Shown piece by piece: positions 9,527 through 18,272 of a DNA stretch of 27,597 nt; the stretch's first letter is position 1; each line of letters begins with the position of its first letter. The translations under genes and the position numbers were made by a program. The notes beneath the pieces were generated by a model. That model did no database searches. It had not been told where the DNA came from and worked only from the letters and a program-made list of their open reading frames with translations. The DNA is taken from positions 1-27,597 of IMG/VR virus record IMGVR_UViG_3300026122_000003; one strand, written 5' to 3'. Source of the stretch: a virus (Duplodnaviria > Caudoviricetes).

Positions 9527-10615
9527 TCAGTTGGTCAGGTCGGTCGCCCCGACGCGGATGGCCCGCGACCAGTTCGCGTTGAGAACCGCCGACGCATGGA
9601 AGGTTTTCCACGCGATGGTGCCGATCTCGTTGAACGGATCGGACGTGCCGCCGGAACCCTTCCCGTGGATGATGATCTCCCAGTCCCCGGTGTCGTCACC
9701 GGCTTCGAAGATCCCGTCCGTCATGGACTGGCCCAGCCCGACCGAGCCGAACGCATCCATGCCGAACACGCAGACCGTATACAGGTTCGCGTTATCCGAC
9801 GTGCCGCGAAGGTCCGCGGACCCGGCGCCGGAAGCGCCGGACCCCGCGTCCACCGAAGCATCCTCGGAAGCGAGGAAGCGCACGCCGCGGCCGGCGCGGG
9901 CGTAATACCCGAACTCGCCGGGCGCGGTGCGAACCTGCCCTGCATACTTCTCGACCGACTGGAAACCCGAGATCCCCGCCACGTCGTGCGCGACATGCGG
10001 ATGGCAGATGGCCCAGTAGGTCGGCAGGATCGGCACGGTCCCGATGTTCTGGGAACCGGTCGCCATCGCCCCGAAGGTGCGGGCCGAGTTGTTCCACAGC
10101 TCGTTTGTCACGCGCTGGAGATCGCCCGCCGCCAACGACGCCCCCACCAGCCCGTCGGACGCGACATTCGAAGCGTAACGCTGCGTTGCCGAGTCCTCCA
10201 GCGTGTTGCGCTGGAGCTGGTTGAGGGAACGGCCCGCCGACTCGCCGAGAACGGCCACCAGTTCGGTGCCGGTCCCCGCCGGGTTGTACAGGTCGACTTC
10301 CTCGTTGACGATGTAGAACTGGCCATACTTGGCGACCGTCGCCGTAACGTCGGTGAACGACGGCACGTCGGCGTTGCGGCCCTGCATGTACGCGGCAGTG
10401 CCGGTCAGTTCGGTCAACGCGGAGGTGGTCGGCGTCTCCTGTTCGATTCGACGCCACTTGATCGTGGCCGTGCCTTCCTGCCTGTTAAGGCGACCGGGCA
10501 TGGAACCCACGAAATACGGCAGAAGCTGCTTCGCGCGGCGAAGGAACGTCTGCGACATGGCCACGTTGACGGGTTTCTGAAGTTCAACGTCCGTGGCCGT
10601 AATCGTCAAAGGCAT
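9527..10615 (-). CDS. Major capsid protein (HK97 fold, N4-gp56-like family)
   Basis: 362 aa; TIKWRR, ATVAKYGQF, WAICHP and GGTSDPFNEIGTIAWK motifs; strong AGGAGG RBS; followed by a terminator. Confidence 0.9.
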   Translation of the reverse strand: MPLTITATDVELQKPVNVAMSQTFLRRAKQLLPYFVGSMPGRLNRQEGTATIKWRRIEQETPTTSALTELTGTAAYMQGRNADVPSFTDVTATVAKYGQFYIVNEEVDLYNPAGTGTELVAVLGESAGRSLNQLQRNTLEDSATQRYASNVASDGLVGASLAAGDLQRVTNELWNNSARTFGAMATGSQNIGTVPILPTYWAICHPHVAHDVAGISGFQSVEKYAGQVRTAPGEFGYYARAGRGVRFLASEDASVDAGSGASGAGSADLRGTSDNANLYTVCVFGMDAFGSVGLGQSMTDGIFEAGDDTGDWEIIIHGKGSGGTSDPFNEIGTIAWKTFHASAVLNANWSRAIRVGATDLTN

Positions 10616-10640
10616 TTTTACCTCCTATGCCTTCGACCGC

Positions 10641-11210
10641 TTATCCGTGCTTACGCCCCTGCTCCTTCACCCACGCCTCGAACTTGTGCTGAGGCCATGT
10701 GCCGATATCTGCCGGGGTGTCGTCATCGGATTCGGCGGTCCTGGTTGATGCACTCCGAACCGAAGACGTGATCGTGTCGTGGACTTCCGTAGCTTCCTTG
10801 TCCACCCTGGGGAACATGCCCACCAGTTCCTTGTTCAGCTTCGCCTCGACCTTCGCCCACTTCTGCGGGTCGTTCCGGCGGTTGGCGTAAGCGGTCGCAA
10901 GGGATGTGCTTTTTCGCGCCCTGGCCTCGAGCCAGCCTTCCACGAAGTCGGGATCAACGTCGAGGTCTCCCCTGACGTTTGACACAACAGCCTGAAAGTC
11001 CTGCTGGGCAAGACGCGCCTCAAGGGACTGGACCTTGGTCGCAAGGGCGTCCTCCTGATCGCCGTCCTTGGTTTCGGACCTGGTTTCCGATCCGGATTCG
11101 AACTCTTTCAACAGCGAATCCAGATCGTCGTCCTGTGCGTCTTCAGGTTTCGCCGTCTCCTCTGAAACGGCCTTGTCGTCCTGCTCGACCACGGTCTTTT
11201 CGTCACTCAT
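10641..11210 (-). CDS. Capsid scaffolding protein
   Basis: Acidic disordered N-terminus (MSDEKTVVEQDD...), helical core and C-terminal helix; directly upstream of the capsid gene; AAGGAG RBS before the ATG at 11210. Confidence 0.75.
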   Translation of the reverse strand: MSDEKTVVEQDDKAVSEETAKPEDAQDDDLDSLLKEFESGSETRSETKDGDQEDALATKVQSLEARLAQQDFQAVVSNVRGDLDVDPDFVEGWLEARARKSTSLATAYANRRNDPQKWAKVEAKLNKELVGMFPRVDKEATEVHDTITSSVRSASTRTAESDDDTPADIGTWPQHKFEAWVKEQGRKHG

Positions 11211-11224
11211 CTGCTTCTCCTTGG

Positions 11225-11467
11225 CTAGCCGTCCGGTCCGGGCGGCGTCTCTTTCACGGTCCCCAGAAGGGCCGCTACCCATTTCTCGTGCTGGTCATAG
11301 AGACCGGACGAGTAAATCCATGTGGCGCGGGCTTCCTCAACCCTGTCCGCCTGCGATTTCCTGTAGCGCGGCAATCGTGGCTCCGGCACCAGCGTCGTCA
11401 CCAGACTCCGCCACGCCGGATGGCTCCGCAGTTGCTCCAGCAGAGCCTTCGCCTCCGGTGATGGCAT
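11225..11467 (-). CDS. Small protein following the portal gene (Bbp19-like position)
   Basis: 80 aa MPSPEAKALLEQLRSHPAWRSLV...; GGGAGG RBS inside the portal 3' end. Confidence 0.6.
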   Translation of the reverse strand: MPSPEAKALLEQLRSHPAWRSLVTTLVPEPRLPRYRKSQADRVEEARATWIYSSGLYDQHEKWVAALLGTVKETPPGPDG

Positions 11468-13232
11468 CGATGTCCTCCCATCCGCCTTGTCTCAGGATCG
11501 CTTCAACCGGCAGCGGCGAGCCGATCAGCACCGGCCTGCCCCCCGCCTGAATGTTCAACTGGTCTACCTGGAAGGCCAGTTGCAGGGATTGCAGGCGGCG
11601 CTGGCGCTTCTGCTCTTCCTCGGCCGGGCCGCCGGAACCGAACCATTCGAACGCGCATTTCTCGGGCAGGTGAGTTTTCCCGGCCGTCACGAACCCGCCA
11701 TAGGCGTCCACGTAAAAGCTCTGCTCCCCGGTCATCGACCGGCGGCCCATGTCGTATTCCATGTACAGCCATTGCGTGACCGGGCCGTGGCCGGTCGCCC
11801 GGACGTAATCGACGGTCCTGACCACCCCCCGGTTGATCTCCGCTTCCTTGGCGAAGGCCGTGGTATGGGAAACCGTCTGCGCTCCGAGTCTCGGCGCGTT
11901 GACGCCGGTCATGTTCGCGTACTGCTGCAAAAGCCCGAGATACACCTGAAGCATGGGCGCCAGATCGCCGCCGATCTTGTCGTAGACCTTCACCTCGTCG
12001 GTGGTCGCCCACTGGGCGAAGGGCTTGATCGCCGGCCCGCCGTCGGCGGCGAATACCGCGTCGTCGCGCTCGTAGCCAACGGGCGGCGCGACCTTGAGCA
12101 TCGCCGAGTCCATCAGCCGGTTGAGGGCTTCGGTGGCCGCGATCTGGATGGGCCGGCCCTTCATCAGCGGCGACGTGGCGTAGGCCGACGCCAGATCCTC
12201 GACGTGATACGGGTGAACCACGTAGCTCGGGTACGGCGTTTTCCGGAACCGGAAGCGGATGACCCCCTTCCTGCCTTCCGTCCCGAGGCAGACGGTCACG
12301 ATCGCGCCCCGGATGACGAGGCTGGTTGTGGTCTTTCTCGGCACCACCAGGTCGCCTTCGTACTCTAGGAGCGTGACGTTGCCCTTGTCGTCCGGCTGGA
12401 GGCCCTTGATCCCCCGCGGCATCCACCCGCCTTCCATCGAGTCCGGATCGTCGCTGCCGCGGACCGCGGCCAGAACGATATCCTCGTACCCGGCCGAACC
12501 GCACTTGATGATCCCCGGCCCCAGAACCAGCCCTTCGTTCATCACATGCTGGGCGCGGTCGTCCAGGTACGTGCAGCGGATCGACTGGGGAAGCAGCATG
12601 GGGATGCGCGCGGTTTCGCTCATCACCCCCCGCGCGGTGCGCATCTGCACGGTCTTCGAAACCAGCCGCGCCCGCCCTATTCCCGTTCCGTACTTGAAGG
12701 CCTCGGCGTTGATGTGGTCGTAATTGCCGAAGAAATCGTATTGCCGGCGAAGATGGTTGCCGAACCCCTCCACCAGCTTGTCGGCGTTGTCCTGGTTGAT
12801 CTTCGACGGGACTTCGAGCTGATCGCCGGTAATCAGGGACGCGAATTCGACACGCTGGAGATATTCGTCGGTCGTCTGGGCATGGGGCCGATACCAGGGC
12901 CCGGAATCGGGAAACAGCATCCTCCGGGAGTCGGCGGTCAGGACCTCCAGCGTCTGGGCCTGAAGGGGTAGCTCCATCTCGGACATCCATTCCCGCCCGG
13001 CAATGTTCTTCCCCGTGCGCGGGTCTTTCTTGATCGTGTTTTTCGGCTCCATCGCCAACTGGCGGTCGATGTCGTCCCAGTGCTTTTCAAGATCGCCCCG
13101 GCCAGTCTTGCGGCGGTGATATTCGTCGCACACATACTCGGCTATCGTGTCCCAGTCGCGGGCATCGAACCTCCGTTTTCTCCGGACCTTCGCCTCCGCC
13201 TCGATCTCGCGAACGTCATCCCGAGACGCCAT
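11337..13232 (-). CDS. Portal protein (head-tail connector)
   Basis: 631 aa between TerL and scaffold; AFKYGTGIG, YATSPL and SHTTAFAKEAE segments resemble podovirus portals. Confidence 0.85.
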   Translation of the reverse strand: MASRDDVREIEAEAKVRRKRRFDARDWDTIAEYVCDEYHRRKTGRGDLEKHWDDIDRQLAMEPKNTIKKDPRTGKNIAGREWMSEMELPLQAQTLEVLTADSRRMLFPDSGPWYRPHAQTTDEYLQRVEFASLITGDQLEVPSKINQDNADKLVEGFGNHLRRQYDFFGNYDHINAEAFKYGTGIGRARLVSKTVQMRTARGVMSETARIPMLLPQSIRCTYLDDRAQHVMNEGLVLGPGIIKCGSAGYEDIVLAAVRGSDDPDSMEGGWMPRGIKGLQPDDKGNVTLLEYEGDLVVPRKTTTSLVIRGAIVTVCLGTEGRKGVIRFRFRKTPYPSYVVHPYHVEDLASAYATSPLMKGRPIQIAATEALNRLMDSAMLKVAPPVGYERDDAVFAADGGPAIKPFAQWATTDEVKVYDKIGGDLAPMLQVYLGLLQQYANMTGVNAPRLGAQTVSHTTAFAKEAEINRGVVRTVDYVRATGHGPVTQWLYMEYDMGRRSMTGEQSFYVDAYGGFVTAGKTHLPEKCAFEWFGSGGPAEEEQKRQRRLQSLQLAFQVDQLNIQAGGRPVLIGSPLPVEAILRQGGWEDIDAITGGEGSAGATAEPSGVAESGDDAGAGATIAALQEIAGGQG

Positions 13233-13611
13233 GACGTTCCTCCTGCCGGATTTTCTCGGCGGTTTCGAATTCTTCCTTCGCCCTGAGCACCAGGGAACGG
13301 ACCCTCATGGCCTGCCGCTCGGCAATCGGGAACCCGGCATTGTGGAACTGGTCGAACAGCGCGAACCCGCACATGGCGTTCGGCGAATCCCGGTCGCCCT
13401 TCGTGTAAACCCAGAACGTCGCGTAGCAGCCCGACCGGTAGTCGCCTTCCTTCACGTCGAACCGTTGCAAATCGACGTGCGGGGTTTTCACGTACCCGTC
13501 CCACAGCGTCAGTTCGCCGTGCCGGGAATTCTCCATGTGAACCTTCCGCAACCCGACCTTTTCGAACGCCTGGATCAGTTCCGGGTGGTTCTTGCGGAGG
13601 GCCTCGCTCAT
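13216..13611 (-). CDS. Hypothetical protein
   Basis: 131 aa, overlapping the TerL stop (ATGA) and the portal start. Confidence 0.7.
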   Translation of the reverse strand: MSEALRKNHPELIQAFEKVGLRKVHMENSRHGELTLWDGYVKTPHVDLQRFDVKEGDYRSGCYATFWVYTKGDRDSPNAMCGFALFDQFHNAGFPIAERQAMRVRSLVLRAKEEFETAEKIRQEERHGVSG

Positions 13612-15098
13612 AGCCGCACGCTCACCGCGCCGGCCGCCGGCTGCGGGCGCGAACGCCGCATTCTCGGAACGGCGTAGCGTTTCATCATCACCGCGTAGAA
13701 ACAGGCTTTCAGAACGTCGTCACGGGTTTTTGTCAATTTTCCGTCCTTGCGGTGGTAGTTCCGCCATTCGTCGAAAAACTCCGTGCATCCGGCGAACACC
13801 TTCAGCCGCCCGTCCCGCGCGCGTTCCTGTATTTCGAGGATGATCGGCTCCACCGGCTGGCCGCCCCCGGTGTCGTTCCGGTATCTCGCGGACTTGCCCA
13901 GCAGCCGGACCTGGTACGGGGCGTACTGGTCCTTCAGCCTCACGCCGTTGGACTTCTCCCGCGACGTGCCGTCATGCGGCCAGCTCACCGGAACCCAGGG
14001 CTCGACCTCGTTGATGGCCGCCGCGTGTTCCGACACCTCGCAGTCCCGCTCGCGCCAGCAGCGGGTGACGTACAGGATGTCCCGGTCCCGGTCCCACGCG
14101 ATATCCACGACCGCGGCCGGGTGGTCGATCCCGAAATCGATGCCCTTGATCCGGGCGAAATGATCCGGCGGCTCGAACCACGCGACCCGGATTTCCTCCT
14201 CGGGGGTGGTGAATACCCGGCCCTCGCCCATCATCGGCACGCCGCGGGCGCGGGTTTCGCGCTCGTGCTCGGGATAGGACTGCATCAGCCGCTCGCGTTC
14301 CGCCCGGTCTAGGTGCGGCGCGTCGTCCCATGTCGCGGTTTCGAGAAATATCCCCGGCCCGCCTTCCATGAAGTGATCCACGAGAGTCGTCGCCCCCAGA
14401 AGCGGGGTGAAAGTGGCCAGCAACACCCCGTGCGAGGAAAGAATCCGGGTCAGCGCCTCGGTAAATATCCGGCGCTCGTTCATCATCAGGTCGTCCGGTT
14501 CCTCGTCCAGCCAGACCAGGTGCGGGGCCGTGCCCTGCCATTTTCGCCAGCCCTGGTCGTAGGTCTTGAACATGACCTGTGACACGCCCCCGGAAACGTG
14601 CCGGACCTTGGCCGTGTCCATCACGTCGCCGATGCCGGCCTGCCGGGTCCGGGGCTTGCCGAGTATCCTTCTCCTGGGCACGTACCCGGTGCCGAGGTCT
14701 TCGCCCATGCCGCCCATAAGGGCCTTCTGAACGATGTCCCGCGATGCTTCGTTCGTGACCGACCCGCACCACGCCAGCACGGGTTCGCCGAACCTCCGTC
14801 CCTCCCACCAGTCCGGGTATTCGCCGGTCAGGTGAACCGCGGTCTCGGCCGCCGCGCATTCGGTCTTGCCAACCCGGTTGGCGCTGATCAGCCCCCGTTC
14901 CTGGTACTTCGCCCCCGCGTTGTGGAAATCCAGTTGCCACGGCTTGTTCGACCACCCGCCCCATGCGTTCTTTTTCCAGAGCCCCCCGTCGGGGCAGAGC
15001 GTGTCGGGGTGGCCGAACGGCCGGTAGCGGTAGAGCCGGGTTTCCCGGACCCGCCTTTCGAGGGCCTTCAGAACCTGAATGGCCTCGTCACGCGGCAT
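13608..15098 (-). CDS. terL: Terminase large subunit (P22 gp2-like)
   Basis: Walker A SANRVGKT, Walker B LVWLDEE, motif TFTP, nuclease GIDFG and a C-terminal DD; probable start MPRDEAI at 15098. Confidence 0.95.
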   Translation of the reverse strand: MPRDEAIQVLKALERRVRETRLYRYRPFGHPDTLCPDGGLWKKNAWGGWSNKPWQLDFHNAGAKYQERGLISANRVGKTECAAAETAVHLTGEYPDWWEGRRFGEPVLAWCGSVTNEASRDIVQKALMGGMGEDLGTGYVPRRRILGKPRTRQAGIGDVMDTAKVRHVSGGVSQVMFKTYDQGWRKWQGTAPHLVWLDEEPDDLMMNERRIFTEALTRILSSHGVLLATFTPLLGATTLVDHFMEGGPGIFLETATWDDAPHLDRAERERLMQSYPEHERETRARGVPMMGEGRVFTTPEEEIRVAWFEPPDHFARIKGIDFGIDHPAAVVDIAWDRDRDILYVTRCWRERDCEVSEHAAAINEVEPWVPVSWPHDGTSREKSNGVRLKDQYAPYQVRLLGKSARYRNDTGGGQPVEPIILEIQERARDGRLKVFAGCTEFFDEWRNYHRKDGKLTKTRDDVLKACFYAVMMKRYAVPRMRRSRPQPAAGAVSVRL

Positions 15099-15645
15099 CC
15101 CAGTACTCCTTCGCCCAACCCGTGCATTCATGGGGCTTGGGCCGGCCGTGAAAGCACATGATCGTTCCCTTCGGCCCGTCGCGGCAGTGCTTCTTATACG
15201 AACGGATGCCGTCCATCGGCAGAAACCCGTCGGCGAACGGCCCGAGATAGTCCTGATCGCCGGCATGGACGTCCATGTGCTGCCGCGGGCGGGAAAGAAA
15301 GTGTTCCCAGACCCGGGTTTCACGTGAAACGCGCATGACCCCCGACGCGCGCTTGTTCGGGAAGTTGAAGTCCCGGATCATCAAAAACCGGTCTTCGTAG
15401 TCCGGGATTTCGCCGAACACGAACGTATCGAGATCCAGAAACGTAAAAGGCTTGAGGCCGTCGTGTTCCGGAGAGAACAACTCGAGCTTCGCCCACCAGC
15501 CCGGCCAGCCGTGCTTCAGCGCCCGGGTTTCGCCCGGCGTGTCCGGCTGGTCGGTGAGCGTGACCACCCGGTCCCGTACCTGGTTGGCGAGCTTCGCGAC
15601 ATATTCAGGCCCGAACTTCGTGCCCTGCCTGACGAGTACGATCAA
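15088..15645 (-). CDS. Glycosyltransferase, GT-A fold (GT8-like)
   Basis: GWWAKLELF, FLDLD (DxD), SGVM, GDQDYL and CFHGRPKP motifs. Confidence 0.85.
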   Translation of the reverse strand: MIVLVRQGTKFGPEYVAKLANQVRDRVVTLTDQPDTPGETRALKHGWPGWWAKLELFSPEHDGLKPFTFLDLDTFVFGEIPDYEDRFLMIRDFNFPNKRASGVMRVSRETRVWEHFLSRPRQHMDVHAGDQDYLGPFADGFLPMDGIRSYKKHCRDGPKGTIMCFHGRPKPHECTGWAKEYWDAA

Positions 15646-16285
15646 GATACGCCCCCACCCTGGTCATCGCCGGTATTTCCTCGTCCCGCAGATACCGCTG
15701 CCAGAGCGGCGCTTCCCGGCGGATGTCGTTGTCCGTCGCGTCTCTCGGGCGCTTGCCGTTTTTCCAGTGCAGGTGATCGACGCGGACATCGTGCAGATAG
15801 GTCATCAGCCCGTACCGGCGCCCGATCCGGTTCCATGCGCTGTCGATGCCCGCCTGCCGCAATCCCGGCGGGGAAAGCCAGCCCGCGGCCCTCACCAGAT
15901 CGCCGCCGATGGCGAAGGCCGAGGTGATCCAGTCCGGATTCGACAGGCTGCCGGGCGGCCGGCGGCCGTCATGGCAGTAGGCTATCCGCCCGGTGCCCGC
16001 CGCCTCGGTAATCCTCCGGTCCCAGTCCGGGGTTATCGGAAGAAAATCGTCGGCCAGCCACCCGAAATACCGGCAATACGGATGCTTTTCGTAAAACCAG
16101 GCCATCGCCGGGCCGACGCCGATGTTCTGTTCGTTCTCGACCAGCGTCCAGTTGGGCGGGAGGCGCAGGCCCGGATACGACCCGCCGTCAACGTAGCAGA
16201 CGGCCTTCTGGGTCATGGTCTCCGCGCAGGCGTCAAGCAGGCGCTGGGCCTCCTTCTGACGCCCCCGGGTCGTCAGCAGCCACAT
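15605..16285 (-). CDS. Glycosyltransferase, GT-A fold (GT2-like)
   Basis: TRGR N-terminus, YVDGG, NIGVG, GWLADD (xDD), IDSAW and VDHLHW motifs. Confidence 0.75.
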   Translation of the reverse strand: MWLLTTRGRQKEAQRLLDACAETMTQKAVCYVDGGSYPGLRLPPNWTLVENEQNIGVGPAMAWFYEKHPYCRYFGWLADDFLPITPDWDRRITEAAGTGRIAYCHDGRRPPGSLSNPDWITSAFAIGGDLVRAAGWLSPPGLRQAGIDSAWNRIGRRYGLMTYLHDVRVDHLHWKNGKRPRDATDNDIRREAPLWQRYLRDEEIPAMTRVGAYLDRTRQAGHEVRA

Positions 16286-16877
16286 AATGCCATGCCCCCG
16301 GGTCTATCCATTGCCGCACCTTCTCCCGGTCCATTTCGATGCCGCAGCGATCCAGCGCGCGTTCAAGCGATGAATACTCGCCGGCTACCAGCTCGTCGGT
16401 CCTGACCTCGACCGCGCCCCGGGCATTGAGCTCGTCCATGACCCGGTGATGGATGTCGATGGTCTCGCCCGTTCTCCGGCTGTCGAGCATTCCCGAGCGG
16501 ATGCAGGACCGGACCGTGGACTCCCGGTTTCTGCGGACGGTGATCCACGTGGGGTCGAACTCGAAAAACGCCGGCCAGTAGAGCGCGGACCCCTTCCACA
16601 GCCATTTCCCCCCGTCGTACCCGTCGCCGCGGATCGCCGTTTCCACGGCCTCCCGGAACCCCGGCAGCCGCTTCGCCAGCACGCCCTTGTTGACGATCGA
16701 CCGGTGCCATTGCTTCTTGATCAGGTTCTTGACCGGCAGGTTTTCGAAATGCCCCTTCGGGTTCCATTCGTCGCCCGGCCGGCAGGTCCCGGCCCAGACC
16801 CCGTGGACATGAAACAGGCCGGCGGTCATCGAGGACCCGGATCGGGGGCAGGTCATCAGCAGGATCGGCTCAGTCAC
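16233..16877 (-). CDS. PAPS-dependent sulfotransferase
   Basis: 5'-PSB loop PRSGSS, NPKGHFE, W-K motif, 3'-PB motif VRRNRESTVRS. Confidence 0.85.
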   Translation of the reverse strand: MTEPILLMTCPRSGSSMTAGLFHVHGVWAGTCRPGDEWNPKGHFENLPVKNLIKKQWHRSIVNKGVLAKRLPGFREAVETAIRGDGYDGGKWLWKGSALYWPAFFEFDPTWITVRRNRESTVRSCIRSGMLDSRRTGETIDIHHRVMDELNARGAVEVRTDELVAGEYSSLERALDRCGIEMDREKVRQWIDPGAWHYVAADDPGASEGGPAPA

Positions 16878-17016
16878 GCTCCTGTTCCTTGCCGTTGACG
16901 ATGATCGCCCGCCCGCGGTTCATCTTCCGCCCGTGTACCGACACCCGCCACATGAGGAAGAACGTCCCGAACTGGAAAAACAGGATGGCGGCCAGCAGCC
17001 AGCTTTCAAGGTTCAC
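16870..17016 (-). CDS. Small single-pass membrane protein (48 aa)
   Basis: Manual translation MNLESWLLAAILFFQFGTFFLMWRVSVHGRKMNRGRAIIVNGKEQERD; GTG start with GGGAG RBS; exactly fills the gap and overlaps both neighbours. Confidence 0.6.
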   Translation of the reverse strand: MNLESWLLAAILFFQFGTFFLMWRVSVHGRKMNRGRAIIVNGKEQERD

Positions 17017-17629
17017 CAAGCATCTCCCTCGTTCTTCCGCTCATCGACCTGACCCGGCCCTTGAAGCACTTCGTCTTCGCCCGCTCCCAGTACTTGTCCG
17101 GCGACTCGCGGGTGAAGTTGCACGCTCTCCACGGCGGGTCGTGGTAGTGCGGGCTGTCATCGACCGGAATTCCACACAGGACGGCGCGCTCGTATCCCAG
17201 CCCCATGCCCACGAGACAGGCATTCAGGCCCGAGCTTCCATGACCCGGAACCGGCCAGCAGGTTCCGAAGCCCGCGTTGCACGAATGATAGTGGATCGGC
17301 CTTCGGGACAGGTTCTGCTCCCACAACTGCCGGTGTTCGGGCCGTCTCGCGGCGGCCCATGCCCGAAGGTCCCTGGCTCCGTTGGCGTACCAGTGAACGA
17401 CCTCGCCGGGCATGTCCATGCCGATGGAGTTGACGCACATGAGGTCTCCGTCCGGCACCCGCACGCAGCCCCGGTGCATGTCCCACCGGCAACCCAGCCG
17501 CTCCAGATCGTCCCAGACGCAGGCCCCGCCGCCGGCTATAACCAGCAGCCCCGAATACGTGCCGGCCACGTCCGGAAAGTCGCCTTCCCGAAGGCCGTAA
17601 TCCACGAGCCATTCAAGCCCGGTAGGCAT
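17006..17629 (-). CDS. Maf/DUF115-like (sialyltransferase-fold) transferase
   Basis: LVIAGGGAC, MCVNS, GSSGLNA and LGYERAVLCGIP motifs match the GxGPS / xxVN / GxSG / LGxxxIxLxGxD pattern of the MAF_flag10 (DUF115) / CstII-like fold. Confidence 0.65.
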   Translation of the reverse strand: MPTGLEWLVDYGLREGDFPDVAGTYSGLLVIAGGGACVWDDLERLGCRWDMHRGCVRVPDGDLMCVNSIGMDMPGEVVHWYANGARDLRAWAAARRPEHRQLWEQNLSRRPIHYHSCNAGFGTCWPVPGHGSSGLNACLVGMGLGYERAVLCGIPVDDSPHYHDPPWRACNFTRESPDKYWERAKTKCFKGRVRSMSGRTREMLGEP

Positions 17630-18272
17630 GCACGCCCCAGTGAGTGAGCTTTATGCCGGGATCGGCCAGTATCTCGCCGCCGAGGGTCCGCCAGTCCCGG
17701 CAGAAGCTGTAATCCTCGGACAGGTAAACCCGGTCGTCGGCGCCGGACTCCCGCTTGCCGAACCGCTCGACCCGGGGATTGAAGTACGCGAAGCTCATGC
17801 CCACGATGCCCTCGTCATGCCACCGTTCGGGATACGAGGCCTGGAAACGCTCGAATACCCGGCGGTCGATCATCATGAACCCGGTGCCCGCGTAATCGAC
17901 GGGAAACGGCTGGTCCGGGCAGTCCTTGAGGTCAATCATCCTGCCGCCGACCCATGCAGCTAAAGGGCACCCTTCCTTCTTCATCGGGTACAGGCCAACG
18001 GCTACGTCAGCGTCCAGATTCCAGAGCCGGGCCACGGACTCGGGATCGAACTCGATGTCCGCGTCGATGAACATCATCTTCCGGAACCCGGTTTTCAGGA
18101 ACGTCGTGGCCTGCGTGTTCCGGGCTCTTTGAACAAGGCTCTCGTTGGCTCCGAACAGGAAATCGTGCCCGACCCCGGCTTCCGTCAGGTCCCGCTGGAG
18201 GGCCAGACAGGACTCCATGAACGGCATCGTCACCTGTCCCCCGTAACAGGGGGTGCAGAACAGGATGCTCAT
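17613..18272 (-). CDS. Glycosyltransferase, GT-A fold (phage GT2-like)
   Basis: TPCYGG, ESLVQRARN, FIDAD (DxD), GTGFMMI, LSEDYSFC and LTHWG motifs. Confidence 0.9.
   Translation of the reverse strand: MSILFCTPCYGGQVTMPFMESCLALQRDLTEAGVGHDFLFGANESLVQRARNTQATTFLKTGFRKMMFIDADIEFDPESVARLWNLDADVAVGLYPMKKEGCPLAAWVGGRMIDLKDCPDQPFPVDYAGTGFMMIDRRVFERFQASYPERWHDEGIVGMSFAYFNPRVERFGKRESGADDRVYLSEDYSFCRDWRTLGGEILADPGIKLTHWGVHAYRA

Noticed and set aside
8678-10771. 697-aa plus-strand ORF and other long antisense ORFs (243-1394, 4207-5280, 4443-5522, 11487-12368, 15452-16405, 22797-23753)
   Set aside because: Shadow frames of high-GC minus-strand genes; no motifs, and they lie opposite clearly recognisable genes.
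11503-12990. 495-aa alternate-frame ORF within the portal gene (likewise 316-1392 and 13972-14964)
   Set aside because: Arg/Gly/Pro-rich composition typical of off-frame GC-rich sequence; no domain signal.
15099-15323. N-terminal extension of TerL in the ORF track
   Set aside because: Overlaps the GT8-like gene; the ATG at 15098 with an upstream GGAG and overlap with the GT stop is more plausible.
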